DNA of 64,000 nt, from assembly GCF_004010195.1 (NCBI RefSeq), contig NC_057718.1:52913709-52977708 (forward strand), given 5' to 3'. The notes beneath the pieces were generated by a model that was not told where the DNA came from, did no database searches, and was given only the letters and a program-made list of their open reading frames with translations. Both the position numbers and the translations under genes were made by a program. This stretch comes from Chiloscyllium plagiosum (lineage: Eukaryota). The first letter of the stretch is position 1, and each line of letters starts with the position of its first letter. Below, one piece after another: positions 62,370 to 64,000 of the stretch.

Positions 62370-63030
62370 TTAGAGTCATACAGATGTACAGCACGGAAAC
62401 AGAACCTTTGATCCAACGTGTCCATGCTGACCAGATATCCTAAATTAATCTAGTCCCATTTGCCAGCACTTAGCCCATATCCCTCTAAACTCTTCCTGTT
62501 CAAATACCCATCCAGATGTCTTCTAAATGTTGTAATTTTACCAGCCTCCACCACTCCCTCTGGCAGCACATTCCATCCATGCACACCATTTGCATGAAAA
62601 AGTTGCCCATTAGGTCCCTTTTATATCTTTCCCCTCTCACCCTAAACCTATGCCCTCTAGTTCTGGACTCTCCTATCCCTGGAAAAAGACTTTGTCTATT
62701 TATCCAATCCATACCCCTCATGATTTTATAAACCTCTATAAGGTCGTCCTCAGCCTTCGATGTTCCAGGGAAAACAGCCCCACCCTATTAAGCCTCTGCC
62801 TATAGCTCAAATCCTCCAACCCTGGCAACATCATTGTAAATATTTTCTGAACCTTTTCAAGTTTCACAACACCATTCCGGTAGGAAGGAGACCAGAATTA
62901 CACACACTATTTCAAAAGTGGCTTAACCAATGGCCTGTACAGCCGCAACATGACCTCCCAACTTCTACACTCAATGTTCTGACCAATAAAGGAAGGCATA
63001 CAAACTCCTTTGTCACTGTCCTATCTATCT
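62370..63030 (-). mobile_element. CR1 3' portion
   Basis: ORF 62500-62721 reads MRGMDWINRQSLFPGIGESRTRGHRFRVRGERY. Tail ...tgtatgactcta. Confidence 0.9.
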
Positions 63031-64000
63031 GTTTCGGGGTGATCTGATCAGAGTTTGCGGTAAAGGAATGGGAATATCGGGACTGAGGTGGGAATCAGAA
63101 CTGGGGGGTGCTAGATTGGGACAGAGATGGAGATGTTGGACTGAGAGGGGTGTTGATTTGACTGAGGGGTGGTGGGGAGATTGTGATCTGAGAGACAACT
63201 AGGGTAAGAGGAAGGTGGGGCTGATTAGGAGGACCTCGTTATTAAGGATTCCCACTTGCCCCTATCCCGTCTCCAGCATCCCTCTTCCCACCACTGAGAC
63301 CCACGCAAGTGTAATAATGTATATACACATGACATTGCACTTTAAGTCTATGCGATGACAGCAGTGCTTGGAACTATGCGTTTTCAATGAACAGTTGTCT
63401 CTTGTTGTCACTAACAGTTAACACTGCTTTATTGTTAAAATAATATAACTCTTGTGTTTAACATAGAAACCAGTGACTAGGATTGATTATTGAATAGTCT
63501 GATTAGGAACCACTGGGCATGATTTTGAGAATCTTTGAAGGGTTCAGTTCTACTGTGTTGTAAATGTTGTGGTGAAAAGGCTATCTGTCTCCATGTCATA
63601 CCAACGTGAATGTGAGGGTTGAAAATGAGTTGCCTTTCAGCCTGGATTCCCAGCTGTCTGTGCATCCTTGCATGCACTTAATTGTGTCTACTTCCCTCCA
63701 TTTTCAGGATACTCAAGCCGACCTACACTTGCATTTCCTTTCTCACATGCTCATGCACTCTCACTCACACCCACACACAGACAATCTGTCTCTCACTTGT
63801 GCCCTAACATAACCACACTCTCTCTCTCTCTCTTATACACACTAGCACTCTTTCACACCCACTTACTCTCTCACAGTAACACTTCACTCTCATAGCACAC
63901 CATCGAGAGAGAGATAAGGTCCAGATGGGCACATCCAAGGCCACACATCATTTAGGTGTAATTCTTTTTGGATTTCAATTTTATATGGATTTGAAAATAT

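Overview
This is eukaryotic, repeat-dense DNA from a cartilaginous fish, inferred from HE1-type V-SINEs sharing 3' tails with CR1/HER1-type LINEs. It has a 500-N gap at 34324-34823, and I found no intact protein-coding gene. Much of the window is mobile-element debris: Penelope-like elements (PLEs, RT plus GIY-YIG), CR1, Rex1/Babar and Tx1/L1 LINE pieces, Gypsy pol remnants, a young solo LTR, a probable Harbinger remnant and a 43-bp minisatellite. Two things are not explained by the ORF track. (1) Between the repeats, + strand exon-like remnants translate, with stops and frameshifts, into successive parts of a cyclic-nucleotide-binding-domain (CNBD) channel. The order is S1-S2, S3-S5, S6/C-linker, CNBD, and S1-S2 then recurs twice, suggesting a decayed multi-repeat CNGK/tetraKCNG-like gene of about 47 kb or more. 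(2) About 12 minimal hammerhead-ribozyme motifs occur in PLE-terminal repeats. Three insertions of these repeats are inverted-pair cassettes with 14-15 bp target-site duplications (TSDs). There is also a perfect 55-bp-arm palindrome. All protein-family calls are by-eye motif recognition, not database results, and many element boundaries are approximate.
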